Positions 12,571 through 29,401 of a stretch of DNA of 64,000 nucleotides are shown here, one piece after another. Numbering within the stretch: position 1 is the first letter of the stretch; every line of letters starts with the position of its first letter. The position numbers and the translations under genes are program-made. The notes under the pieces are model-generated. The model saw only the letters and a program-made list of their open reading frames with translations. It searched no databases and had not been told where the DNA came from. The DNA is from Vitrella brassicaformis CCMP3155 (lineage: Eukaryota > Protista > Chromerida). The stretch covers positions 62,001 through 126,000 of the forward strand of contig CDMY01000294.1 in assembly GCA_001179505.1 (NCBI GenBank). The letters are read 5' to 3'.

Positions 12571-15290
12571 TCAGAAGCACCACGGCACTTTCTCGCGCAG
12601 TTCGCAAATCTTGTCAGTGAGCCCAAAGGCATCCTTGAGGGCAGTAATCTCCTCCTGCACACAGACAGACAGAAGCACCCCACACCAACCATACACAGAA
12701 GCTCGGTGGGCTCGCCCCTCACTCCGCTCGGTGTGCACCAACTAACCGCAGTGCCGACGTGATAGATGCCGCCCTCGAAGCCTTCCTCCTTCTCCCTCGG
12801 CCGCTCCAGCTTGGCCTCATGGTCGTTGATCAGCCGCTGGGCCTCCTCTTCGGTCCACCTGGCTGCATTCATCATATCAATCATGTAACATAGCAACCGT
12901 GTATGTAAGCAACCATACAACAGACTATGACTATGACTACGGCTTACGTCCACTGGGCTGCTGTCTCTGATTGCGGGCCTTGCGGCTCCTGATGTTGCCA
13001 CTGCAGACAAGACATCCAATCCAACAAACAGCACCACACCACACCCACACACCAACACGAAAGTCATGCCGGCCTGTCTGTGTACTTCGTTGGTTCTCAT
13101 GGTTGGTAGGGTATGTACCCACATCACATACATGCACTGGGCGGTGTCGCGGTCCAAGAAGATGATGGCTACCTCGCTCGGGCCAAGCCTACCGAACCAT
13201 CGGATGGGATGACACACATGCCTGCCTGCCCCACTCACTCACCCCGCCCTTCCTGGCAGCTCTCCTTACTTACCCGCACTTCTCGCCGATAGCTGTCCAC
13301 TCGCGTCGCTCAGCTGCGGTGAAGTTGACTCGATCAACCACCACCTGATGCCGCACCCTCCGGTCAGACAGCAGCTCACGCACCCCTGAACAAACACGAC
13401 ACATACAAGTCAATCCATCCACCCATCCGTCCGGCCCGCCGGCCGGTGTTTGTGTGTCTTGTCGTCCAGAAGACCCTCACCCACTTTCTTGGCACTGCTG
13501 GAGAGTCTTGAGTCTGTCGCCGACGGTGACGGTCCTCCACTCACGCTCAGCCAACTTGCGGGCTATGAAGGTCTTGCCTGGCGAGGGACACACACAGAGA
13601 GAGAGTCGTCGAGAACCAGCCGAGATACACACATCTCGCTCGACGCATCCAATAATCCAATCCGCGTACCCGATCCTGGTTTGCCCATGAGCAGCAGCAG
13701 GCGTATCTTCTGTGTCTGCCTGTGGTTGAGCAGCAGCTGCTTGTCGCCATCCTCGAGCCACTCGGGGGGCGGCTCCGTCGGCTCCCTGTACGTGTGCCGC
13801 CACTCAGGCACCCCACCCTCTGCAGCTGCAGCTGCTGAGCTGGAACTCGACGGCACCGCCGCAGCAGCGGCAGCGGCAGCAGCGGCAGCGGCAGCAGCAC
13901 TCTCGCCGTTCTCCTGTCTGTCCTCGATGACACTCCGCCTCAGCGCCTCCTGGATCACGATCTCATGATGCTTCGCCTCCTCCTCGTCCATCAGATTGCT
14001 GCCCGTGCTCGGCCGACTCGATCCACCACCACTGTTGCCGCGAGACCTCCCGCCCGAGTTGTTAGCGGCCGCCCCACCAGCAGCGGCAGCAGCTGCTGGT
14101 GGGGGTGGGGGCGGGGGAGGTTGCCGTGGAGCAGCGGACGGTAGAGCAGGGAAGGGGTCGTCGTCTGGTGCGACGACGGGCTGTTGGCGCCTGGACCGGG
14201 TGTTGTTCTTGTTGGCTGGCCGGAGTGCGGGGGGGATTGGCATGGGTTGCTTGGTGCCTTTGGTGACCTTGTCGCGCGCCTGTGGGGGGTGGGCTTGGGG
14301 CTGTGGCCTGGGGGCAGGGGCAGGTGGCTCCTCGTCGTCGAGCGACCCGTTGCACTTGACACACTTGACAGCGTCGATCTTGTTGTGATGCCTGATGGAC
14401 CAAGAAACAGACAGAGAGGAAACAGACAATCCTGACACCCTCCCTCTCTGCGCAGAGTGGTGCTCACTGAACTCACTTGCATCTGTCACACTCGATGAAC
14501 GGGATGCCGTCCTGCTCACGTGTCTGTGAATCGAGCAGCATGGCCTCGTAGTCTTCGTAGTCACCAGGGTCGGCATACAGAGGGAGGCCCTCCTCCTGCT
14601 GCTGCTGCTGTTGGTGTTGGTGGTGTTGGTGGTGTTGGATGCCATTGGAGCGGCTCTGTGGGGGAGGGATAGGGGGCGGGGGAGGGGCGTGATGGCCATT
14701 CAAGAGGGCGGGTGAAGCAGCAGGGGGGCCACTGCAGCAAGGGAGGGCAAAGGCAGACAGTACCCATGACATGTGTTGGTCACTGTCTGCGCGGGTAGGT
14801 CACCTGTTGCTGCTGGCGGTGGATGGGATGGCTCCAGGCATGGCCGGGGGAGGCTGGGGCGGCAGCCTCAGGACAGCCTCACACATCTCACACCTGCATT
14901 GCAGCACACCAAACAACACGCACGCGCCACAGATCACGTCCATCGGGTGACCTGTCTTGTCTGTGCCACAGCTCACTTCTCGTTCCGATATGGGTTAAGG
15001 AAGGTGCATCTGAGGCAGCGCTTCTCAGTGCCCTCGATTCGACACGTCACCTCCTCACCAGACGCATCACCTCCAGCAGCAGCAGGGGCAGCGGAGCCGG
15101 TCCACCGACTCGAGGACGATGGAGCGGCCGCATTCGCCTTGGCAGACGGCTTCTTGGTTCTGCTGGTCGGTCTGACGTGCTCGGCTGCTCCTGCGTCGCC
15201 CTGATCCTCCCGTGGGTTATTGCACCTCTCGCAATAAGGCAGAAAATCCGAATTCCTGAACCCGCAGAAGCTGCAGTCCCAGGTCGCCAT
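12571..15290 (-). CDS. RanBP2/NZF zinc fingers + UIM + AAA_33/polynucleotide-kinase-like P-loop protein
   Basis: WDCSFCGFRNSDFLPYCERC; CLRCTFLNPYRNEK|CEMC; a third degenerate finger IECDRC..N..DAVKCVKC; UIM-like IQEALRRSVIE; Walker A GKPGS|GKT split by intron 13578-13669; Walker B region VVVDRVNFTAAERREW. Stop TGA at 12571-12573. Confidence 0.7.
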
Positions 15291-15511
15291 CGCGGCGATG
15301 CTGTTCGGTGCCGGTGCTCTTCCCTCAAAAGTCAAATGAGTGTCCGTCAAACCGCTAGGGTGTCACCTGAAACCGCTACTGCCAGCGAGGAGCTGCGGTT
15401 GGCGACCGTCTTGTCTTGTTTGGAGTTTTTGACGCTTTCCACGTGACTAGAGGCAACCTGTGCTCTTGCCCTTTCGTTGACTAGCCGTCTGGTGCCTCCG
15501 CTCGCTTCAGC

Positions 15512-19348
<3,837 letters not shown>

Positions 19349-20264
19349 CTGACCAACCTGACTACCTTCCTACCGACCGCCCAAGAACCATGTCGCCATG
19401 CATGTGATGTGCTCGGATGGATGGATGGTTGGTTGGACGGATGGCTGTGTGTGTGTGTGTGCGAGTGAGGGTCTGTGCACTGCATGCGCACTCATTCATT
19501 CATGTTCGTTCGTCTGTATGGCCAGTGAGTGCAGTGGCGTGTACAGGTTGAGAGGGAGGGAGGGAGGGAGCTAGTCAGTCAGCAACTAGCCCACGTAGCA
19601 CTCACTACACACTCTGACACTATCAAATCGACGGACTGTTGGAGCAAGGAAGGAGCAATGGCGGCTGGCTGGCCGCCCTGGCCGGCTGGTCGAACACCGT
19701 TTTGACGACTGACTCACACAGACAGACAGCGATCAACGCTTCTCGATTTTGGCACACAAGGGGCGGCGGCGGCGGCGGGTGTGGATGTTTTGCATTGCAT
19801 GCATGCCATTTATTTCTGGTCGTGGCGTTTGAATGATTAATGCCTGTGTGTGTGTGTCAACGCCTGTCTGGATGGATGGATGGGCCAAAGTGGGCTTCTG
19901 TGTACGACTCACTGACTGACTGGCTGACGGCTGACTCGACCGACTGGCTGGCTGGCTGGCTGGCTGCGTGTGCGTGTGTGGACTCACTACTCAATTGATG
20001 GATTCCTGCCATGCCATGTGTGTGTGGGTGTCGTGTCCTTCATGATGCATGAGTGACAATCAAGTTTTCTTTCTGAGTGCATTGCAATCAGCCCAACCAA
20101 CAAAGGTCTTCCGTTCCGTTCCGTAACACACACAACACTCACACGCACAGGTCATGTATGCATGTCATATCGGTCAGCCCAACTAACTAATGCGAGTCGA
20201 GTCTCCAGCGAGTGTGGTCCGAAGAAGCGTCCAGCTGCGGCCTGCACACACACATCACGCAACC

Positions 20265-20660
20265 AGGCACCCATGTACCCACGACATCGATATCGGTGCG
20301 GCTCATCCCTCTCCTGACGCGGCCTCAGCATTCTGACACACTCGCGTCGGCGCTACGCAGCAGATAGATCTTGGCGTGGATCTTGATGCTGCATCAACCA
20401 GCCCTGTCAAGGGCCTTCTGCTTGGTCTTCTCACCCATCGTCGCCCTCATCATCGGCCATCTCCTGGATGTCATGGCGATGCCTCATCGTATCGACAAAG
20501 GAGAGATCCGCATCTCATCTCGTGCAGGACAAAGACGGGCCTCTCGGCTGCTGGCAAGCACAGGGGGGATTCATCCCACCGGTTCCGGCCATCCGATCTC
20601 GTCAGCCATCACCGACGCGAGATCTGTGTTGACCTATGCAAATTCTCAACCTCTTGCGAT
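20265..20660 (-). pseudogene. Possible decayed coding remnant
   Basis: GC3-rich codon runs on the minus strand (GEKTKQKALDRAG*CSIKIHAKIYLLRSADASVSEC*) are interrupted by stops. No family was recognised. Confidence 0.25.
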
Positions 20661-21064
20661 TGTCGACTGTGCTCGAACAGGATCACTTCTATAGTGTTTC
20701 CAACAGTTCTCCACCACAGCGACAGACCAACTCATCACCCATGACGATGAGCTATGCTTCCCGCCCGATGGGACTCTATGGTCTGCCTCGCGAGAGGCAC
20801 AACCGTGATGACCCACACGGCTTCGGTCGTGACGGGCTGTGGAAGGATCTGAATGGGACCAAAATGACGAAAAGCAGTCTGACACAGCCTCGGCTTTTGC
20901 TATTACCGAGTTCGACGCACATGACACACGAATGCAACTTCGGTTGTTTCAGAATGAATGCACTGACACTGACTGTCAAGACGATCACACGTGTCAGACA
21001 GGCGGCCACACACGCGACCGACGTTGAATTCATCGACAGACACAGGACAGACACGGCACCCTGG

Positions 21065-24000
21065 CTATTTGTCCCCACCCTCCCTTCGTTCCCTGGCTGC
21101 CATCTGCGCGTCCATCTCCGCCTGCAGCTTGGCCCGGATCAGTGTCTGGTAGTACTCCAGCCGCCCCTGTTGGCTACCATCGGCAGACGGTTGGTCCCGC
21201 GCCGGTGGTTGCCCCTGGGCACCACCCTTCGGCTGCAGCTGCTTTTGCATGGCGTCAAGGCATGTGGTGAGGTCGACGATCTCAGCCGCCCCGCCGAGTG
21301 CCTCGATGACCTTCTGGATGTAGGACAGATCGGTGGCCAGCTGACGCAGACCGCCGCTGCTTAGACGCTCTATCTGAGAGAGACGACAGAGAGAGAGGCA
21401 GGCAGGCAAGCAGCCAGATGGCTGAGTGAGTGAGGGGGGTGGGTTGATAGAATGCGTGACTGTCTGACCTGCGCGGCCTTTGCCAGGAGAGTGCTGCCGA
21501 CTGAGCCGAGCACACGGGGGAGCCACACAGACGCACCAGACTCCTACACACACACACACTGATATGCACTCCACACGAGTGCCGCGCGTGTGGATGTGTC
21601 CACCAGGCCTGTCTGTCTGTGTGTACCTGTGGGCCGTGTGCGGGCGATACGGGTGTCTGGTTGGCCACCTGCTGCTGCTGCTGCTGGTGTTGCTGTGAGT
21701 GTGACTCGAGGTGGGGGACGAGGGAGAGCAGGTGCTCACCCACCGCTGTGATTAGCGACGTCGGCGAACCAGACAGACCAACCTCACCCTACACAACACA
21801 CGGCCATAGGATGCTGTAACCAACCGATTGACCCACAGCAGTGCACTGTACACGTAAGGTACCATCAGTGTGTCGTTGGAGACCGCCGTCCACTCGGTCA
21901 AGCTGTGATAATCCTGAAGACAAGACAAGACAAGACAAGACAAGACAGCCATGAGGTGCATTGCAACACACATCGAACCTTCCCACCCACCGACCTGAAG
22001 CGTGACGGTCACAGGGTATGTGCAGCACTGCGACACGACATCCTTGACGCGACTCCGTAAACGGTCAAACTCCGCCACTGCCACAGCCAGGACAAAGGGC
22101 CCATCGGATGACCCTGGGGCTTGCGGCGGGGGGATAGACGCGGCTGGTGGGCCCTCGGGCGGCTGCGTCTCAGCTGGTGGCTGCGACTCGATTATCTGCA
22201 AGGCCTTGGCAACACTCGCCGTCGGGATCGTCGACAGAGACGGCATCAGATCGCTGGATGGACGGACGGACGCACAACACACGCAGATGGGGAAGAGACA
22301 CAAGAGGCAAGTCCACACGGACAGGTGTGTGTGTTTTGTGTGTCTGGTTCCCTCACTTCTTGAGCGTTTTCTGCAGTGTGTTGAGCCTCGTGGGGCGGTG
22401 GTAGACGGCCTGGGCAGTGGCAAGCGCCGACCCCTGCAGGGCCGCGAACTTGTCGGCCAGGACGGCCAGCAGGTTGTGGAACTGCAGGCACGTCATTAGC
22501 AGCGACACATCCAGCGGCACAAGCGCACCCGCACCCAGCCCCACACCGCCAGACGGGCCAGACACACGCTGCCGCTGCAGAGTGGACGCCTGGTTAGCCA
22601 CACAGAGGGAGGGAGGGTGGATGGATTGCCGGTGGCTTGGTGTGGTGTGGTGCTTGGCTTGCCTTGTGTTTGATGGTGTTGGTGAAGATGTCGCAGAGGG
22701 GCGTCCACCTCTTCCAGTACTCGGCGCAAATGTCCTCGATGCCGGCCAGCCACACGGGCGCCAGGAGTGCAGCCGACAAGTCCTTAAGGGCCTCGCCGCT
22801 CTGCGTCAGCCGCCACAACACCTTCATGGCGTCCGTCTCGGCCTCGTACACCGCCTGTGTAGACAGACAACACACCCATACACACACAACACAACACACA
22901 CCCAATGGAATGAGTCCTCTCGATAGGTAGACACACTGACCGACCTGTGACGGCGGCCATGAGGGGTTGAATGGCGGCGATTTCGCGATGCTCTCCCGGA
23001 GCTTAGCGAGCAGCACCTGGCCCATCCCCCGCAGCAGCCCGTCGGGCAGAAGGCTCTCACGCACCGCTGGGGTGCCGCCATGGGTCTCCTCGGCTGGTGC
23101 AGGAGTGACGACGGCGATTGTTGGCCAGAGGCGCCTCTCGCTCTCGGCGATGATGGGCGTGGCGCACAGCAGAAGGCAGCTCTGCTCGTACGCCTGCACC
23201 AGACGCTCGAAGATCTAATGCATGACACGCAGGCAGATCAGATGGATGAAAGCAAAGCTGCATCCATCGTGGCTGGGCCGTCGTGTGGGCGGCCGGGCCG
23301 CATGACACACCTGATAAGCCTCAGCGGTCCTCCTCTGCTCCATGGCCCACTTCATGAGACGCCCGACGTCGGCATGTGGCACAGTGACGCTCGTCCGCAC
23401 CAGGCCAGCAATGAGCTCCTTCCAGTCGATCTCCAGCACCAGCGGCGCCGCGCCCACCTGTGGATGGCCACGGGGCGATGTGGTCGTGGTCGTGAGGGAC
23501 TCTTCCGGGAGGTTGGTGTCTCCCGATGTGCCGCCGAGCAGCATTGATGGTGAGTGTGGGCTGGAGAGGCCGCCGTCCTCATCTGCTTCGTCGTGTGCGG
23601 GTGTGCGGTGTGTGGGTGAGGAGTGGCGGGGGGTTTCGGGCTGGTAGTCGCTCACGGCCTTGAGCAGCTGGGTGTGCTGACATGACAGACACCACAGACA
23701 GACAAGAAAGAGAGAACGCAGTTTGTGCCATTCGGCGACGATATATGAGGGATGGGGACACTCTGATCTTCTCACTCCCCCACCCTGTTGATCTGTTTGG
23801 AAGTCTGTTCGAAGAAGAGCTGGACGGCATCGTTCTCGCTCAGACGGCTCTCGGGCTCGGCATACCCACCACCGCCCCCATCCAACAGGTCACCTGCTGC
23901 ACGTATGCACACACAGACACGAGACGAGAAACACATGAAACGAAACCCGACCTTCCCTCCCACTTCCCACTTCCCTCCTCTCTGTCTGTTGGTGGCCCAC

Positions 24001-24907
24001 CTTTGTCATGTCTAAGGGTCTCTCCCTGCCGGCCCTCCCCCTCCCCGTCGGCACCCATGGTGGTCCGCCGCCAGAGGTTGCCCCAGATGTCCCGACACTC
24101 CTCAGCAAAACACTCCCTCGCCGCGTCCAGCCACGCCGCGCCCCCATCATCCTTGAGCTGGCCGAACACCTCGGCGCACATCCGCAGCTCCTTGACGTTG
24201 ACATCCGCCATGGCGGCGGCCATCTTGTGCTTGACCTCGGCCATCAGCTGGTCGTGGAAACGCTTGGCCACCGCGGCGCGCTTCGAGTACTCGGGAAGGA
24301 CTTCCAGCACCTCGACGGTCTCCTGCAGGGCGGTGAGGTGGCCTGACACGGGCAGCAGGCTGCCCGACACCAGCAGCGCCTCGATCTCCTTGACGCGATA
24401 CTCCCACTGGTGGATCTCGGTCAGCACGCGCTTGCACGTCTCGAGTCGTCCCTTGGCGGCGTCGATCTCCGAGAGGAAGGCCAGGCTCTCCTGCTGGTCC
24501 GTGTCGACGATCGACAGCTCCCCAAGCAGCACCCGTAGCCGCTCCTTGCACCGGCTGATCTCGTGACGCATCTTGCCGATGTCGCTCAGGAGGCCCGGGA
24601 TGGAGCTCACGATCTGGCTGCCGACCACCTCGACAGACGACGAGAGGTCCGCACACGCCATCTGCAGCTGCATGGACAGAGTCGACAGGAAGGAGTCCAT
24701 CCCAGGGGCGGCGGCTGATGCTGACGACGAAGGGGCTGCTCCCTTCTGGCCCTGCGAGAGCGGCCGGCCCTGTCTGCTTGCATTGGTGCCGGCTGCGGCG
24801 GTGAGCTGGAACTCCTGCATGAGGCCGTCCAGCCATTTGGCAGCATCGAACCTCTGGTCTTCGAGAGGCCGCAGATCTAGCCTGCCGTCAGCCGTATACG
24901 CACTCAT
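21065..24907 (-). CDS. COG7: Conserved oligomeric Golgi complex subunit 7
   Basis: The N-terminus (FDAAKWL..TLSMQLQ..IPGLLSDI..EIDAAKGRLE..LPEY) and C-terminus (RQLATDLSYIQKVIEALG) match recalled COG7 motifs. The gene is multi-exon. Confidence 0.85.
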
Positions 24908-25064
24908 CTCTCAGATTTGTGTGACAACGATTTGCTTCCTTTTGTTGTCGTGTGGTCACTGCGGCGCGGGTGCCTTCCGTCGGTCGGTCGGTTAATCCAG
25001 CCACCAGCTCGCCATTTGCGAGCTAAATGAATCCTGGGTGCCAAGACTGGGAATTCGCAAAGGA

Positions 25065-27038
25065 TGAGAATGGGAAGAGATGAGAGGCAGATCTTGTCGT
25101 TGTTCGATTGAGTCATTCGCTCATTGAAAGCGATGAATGGCGAGGTGGCCAGAGGAGGCGACAGGAGGCCGTGGAGGACAAAGCACGAGGTACGGGAACG
25201 GAAGCAAGAAGGAGAAGTCAGTCAAAGAAGAATGCGCTGAGTGTGTTTGTCTTGATGGCAGGCGCTGGTTGCTGCGGAGGTGCTTACCTTTCTGGTTGGC
25301 TATGAGCTGGATCTGCTGCAGCGCGTCAACAGGCGCTTCAGAGACGCCACCGCTGGTCGGTTAGTCAGCATGCGCAATGCCATCCATCCATCCAACACGT
25401 GTGCTGTTCTGTTGTGTTGTGTTGCTGGTGGTTGATGCAGGTTCTGACAGTGACTACTTGTGGAGCGTGTGTTGCCAGCAGGAGCTTGGTGGCAGATTCG
25501 TGTGCTCTCTGCCATGGCGGCACTACTACATCAGGTGCTTCAGCAACCACCATTTCTGGTACAGGACCCAGACGCACCAGTTCCGCTCGGTGATCGCGCG
25601 ATGGGCGGCAAAATGGACAAGCCACATGGTCACCGACCCGTCAGCGCTGCTCCAATCGAACCAAGAAGAAGACGGAAACGGTGCTGCTGACAGACCGACT
25701 GCAGCTCGCGAGAGAGATGATGGGCAGCGTGCCATGCTGTCACTTGGGCCCTCAAATGAAGCTGCGGTGATTGACGCTGACGCTGGCTCAGATCAGGCGG
25801 TGATTGGGGAGCAGACCATCGAGCTGAGGACAAAGGTCAGGAGAGGAAGGAAGGAAAGAAGGACGAACCGATGTAGATCGATCAAGACGAGCCCCGTTCC
25901 TNNNNNNNNNNNNNNNNNNNNNNNNNNNNNNNNNNNNNNNNNNNNNNNNNNNNNNNNNNNNNNNNNNNNNNNNNNNNNNNNNNNNNNNNNNNNNNNNNNN
26001 NNNNNNNNNNNNNNNNNNNNNNNNNNNNNNNNNNNNNNNNNNNNNNNNNNNNNNNNNNNNNNNNNNNNNNNNNNNNNNNNNNNNNNNNNNNNNNNNNNNN
26101 NNNNNNNNNNNNNNNNNNNNNNNNNNNNNNNNNNNNNNNNNNNNNNNNNNNNNNNNNNNNNNNNNNNNNNNNNNNNNNNNNNNNNNNNNNNNNNNNNNNN
26201 NTGAGAATGGGAAGAGATGAGAGGCAGATCTTGTCGTTGTTCGATTGAGTCATTCGCTCATTGAAAGCGATGAATGGCGAGGTGGCCAGAGGAGGCGACA
26301 GGAGGCCGTGGAGGACAAAGCACGAGGTACGGGAACGGAAGCAAGAAGGAGAAGTCAGTCAAAGAAGAATGCGCTGAGTGTGTTTGTCTTGATGGCAGGC
26401 GCTGGTTGCTGCGGAGGTGCTTACCTTTCTGGTTGGCTATGAGCTGGATCTGCTGCAGCGCGTCAACAGGCGCTTCAGAGACGCCACCGCTGGTCGGTTA
26501 GTCAGCATGCGCAATGCCATCCATCCATCCAACACGTGTGCTGTTCTGTTGTGTTGTGTTGCTGGTGGTTGATGCAGGTTCTGACAGTGACTACTTGTGG
26601 AGCGTGTGTTGCCAGCAGGAGCTTGGTGGCAGATTCGTGTGCTCTCTGCCATGGCGGCACTACTACATCAGGTGCTTCAGCAACCACCATTTCTGGTACA
26701 GGACCCAGACGCACCAGTTCCGCTCGGTGATCGCGCGATGGGCGGCAAAATGGACAAGCCACATGGTCACCGACCCGTCAGCGCTGCTCCAATCGAACCA
26801 AGAAGAAGACGGAAACGGTGCTGCTGACAGACCGACTGCAGCTCGCGAGAGAGATGATGGGCAGCGTGCCATGCTGTCACTTGGGCCCTCAAATGAAGCT
26901 GCGGTGATTGACGCTGACGCTGGCTCAGATCAGGCGGTGATTGGGGAGCAGACCATCGAGCTGAGGACAAAGGTCAGGAGAGGAAGGAAGGAAAGAAGGA
27001 CGAACCGATGTAGATCGATCAAGACGAGCCCCGTTCCT
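25065..27038. other. 837-bp duplication flanking a 300-N gap (25065-25901 = 26202-27038), probably an assembly overlap
   Basis: The two copies look identical by eye at an offset of 1137 and directly abut the gap 25902-26201. Confidence 0.85.
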
Positions 27039-29066
27039 CTTTTGTCGTGGGTGGCAGATGGACCTCTGGCGCGTGATGGATTGCTTCGTCGAGGGTGAAC
27101 ACAGGACAGGTGAGGCGGATAGCTGCAGCGAGGGAAAGTGACAGCGCACAAACCGTCCCATGCACCCATTCGATCCTGTGACGTCCCAGGCCGTTTCTCA
27201 GCTGCATTATGGATCCACCCTGGCGATGGCAACAAGAGGCTCATCCCTCCGCCCCCCGGCACCTTCCCACCCACAAGGAGCCCGCAAAACAGGTGTGCCA
27301 AGCGGCCAAGAGTCGACAGGTCTGCGGCAGCAAGGGACGCTGGCAGGAGGTATGGAGGCTGGCGGTGCTTCCGGTGGCTGCCTATCGTGGAGATATCTGT
27401 CAAAGCTCATTTTGACGACCCGACGGACCCCTTTAGAGAGGCGGACGAGCCATTGTCTTCTCGGCTGGCGATCCGTCTGTCGCCATCGATGGAGTACTTG
27501 GGCATCACTGTGCAAGAAGACGATCACGAGGGCCTGCTGGGAGAGGATGCAGAAGGGGAGGGTGATGGTGGCGGGGGCAGCGACATCGAGATTGACAGCG
27601 ACGTGCTTCTTCTGACGGATGCTGCGCTGGAAATTGAAAGCCCCCCGGATGTGCCTGCTGAGAGAGAGCAGTCAGTGGCAGACGGGCGGGGAGAGCCGGT
27701 GGCCGACGGGCAACAACAACAAGGCCAAGAGAGGGCGATGGTGATTGGCGCCAGTGATGTTGATGTCCCGGAGGAGAGAAAGGGCCCTCCACACACACTC
27801 TGCATCCAGATCCATGCCGGTAAGTATGTGACCTATCCCTTGTATGTCGATGGCTCATCCTCCCTCCCTCCTCTGTGTGGTGTTCTCTCTATGGGTGCGG
27901 TGCAGCCGATATGGCTGAAGTCTTTCCGTCGCCCCCGCTGTTCCTCCCGCCTCCCCCTTTCCCGTTGCGCAACGGTCGGGGGCCCGACCGGCTCGCACAA
28001 ACGTGCGATGTGCCCGAACCGACTGCCACGATGGGAGTGAAGGAGTTCGTCAAGGGGCTGGGCATGTACGTGTGTTTCGAAGACCCAGAGACCAAGTAAA
28101 TAGGCACCTACACACTGCGGTGCATGCCCTAACGAGTGTAGGTAGCTGGTCACTGTCTGTCTGTCTGTCTGTCTGTCTGTGTGCGTCAGAATCGCTGTTT
28201 CTCGGCTGAGCTGCAGCCGGTTGCCGGATTTCGTCACTGCAGAGGACGACAGTGATACGGACGAGAAAAGCGATGACGACCAGGCGGGCACTTGTGACAA
28301 GCAGGCGGTGTACCTGGAGGCCATGATGCACCCCGTGGGTGCGTCCAGGAGTGTGTGGTGGAGTGAGGGAGAGGGGGAGGGGGACAGTGGCGGAGACAAT
28401 GTTGCGGAGGGAAGGAGGCGGTACGATGACGAGAAGGGGTGTCAGGTAGAACATCAGATCCTGCACAAGGACCATTTTGATCTCGTCTTCAACCCGGGTG
28501 GGCAGGAAAGCTCCATCGATCCCTCTTGCTTGCACCTGTACTGTGTTATGTGTGTGTGTCAGAGTTGTTGGTGCATGTGCCTGTGTATGCCCTGATTGCC
28601 AGCTTTTGGTTCTGCTGGAGCCCACCACAGCCAACACGGCGCCACCATCCCCCACTCCTCTGCTTTGGCCGCACTGCAGAGGGTAAATGACGACACACAC
28701 GTCTAGACTCCCCCTCAAGACACACCAACTCCATGTGTCTATCGTCTGCGTGTGTGCGCAGGTCGCTTAACCAAGACGAGCCGCACCGAGCACGTCTTCC
28801 TCTTCCGCTTCGACGCCCAGCCGCCCGACCGCCTCGCCTCGCCATACGACGCACCCCCGCCAACTGCAGATGATAATGCAGAAGTGATTGGTGAGGAGGG
28901 AGAGGGAGAGGAGGACGACAGCAGCGACCTCACCATGTGGTCGCTGCGGTTGCACCTCGACTCGAGTGTGCGGCACGGCGGCATGATGCGGCGGTTCGCC
29001 CTGTCGCTGAACGAGTCGCATGTGCGAATGATGGCGGCTAACTGTGGGGTGCAGATTGGCGAATAG
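26274..29066 (+). CDS. Hypothetical multi-exon protein
   Basis: A series of coding-like ORF segments separated by GT-AG microsatellite introns, ending ..RRFALSLNESHVRMMAANCGVQIGE* at 29066. The start is uncertain and no family was recognised. Confidence 0.5.
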
Positions 29067-29268
29067 TGAGTGGCCGAATGTGGTCGTGTAATCTTAGCGT
29101 TGATGGGGGGAGACAGTGACTTTTGTCGTTGGGCTGGGTCTGGATAGCTGAATGTTCGTCCGTGTGATGGCGTTCGGGTTTGTGAAACGCGAGGGCAAGC
29201 GAGTAAATTGTTTCTTTCCGGGCGTTGCGAATGTCGTTGAGCTTTTCCGAGCCAATTTACGGCTTTCG

Positions 29269-29297
29269 AACCCTATCCCTATAACCCAAACCCTAAA
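29269..29297 (-). repeat. Degenerate interstitial telomere-like tract / G-quadruplex motif
   Basis: Plus strand AACCCTATCCCTATAACCCAAACCCTAAA gives four GGG runs on the minus strand, including TTTAGGG. Confidence 0.6.
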
Positions 29298-29310
29298 TCC
29301 ATCGGCATTT

Positions 29311-29401
29311 GAGACCGACAGCATTTAAGATCGACGGCGCTTAAAGATCGACGGCGCTTAAGCTCGACGGCGGCGACCGGGCGGTCAAGATCGACGGCAT
29401 T
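29311..29401. repeat. Short tandem array of AAGATCGACGGC(GC/AT)T, ~16-17 bp, 4-5 copies
   Basis: Copies at about 29311, 29326, 29342, 29359 and 29386. Confidence 0.75.

Noticed and set aside
25065-27038. Apparent duplicated gene start (repeated ORFs such as MARWPEEATGG)
   Set aside because: The copies look identical and directly flank a 300-N placeholder gap, which is typical of an unmerged contig overlap.
29094-29324. 76-aa minus-strand ORF
   Set aside because: It runs through the telomere-like tract and shows no codon bias or motif.
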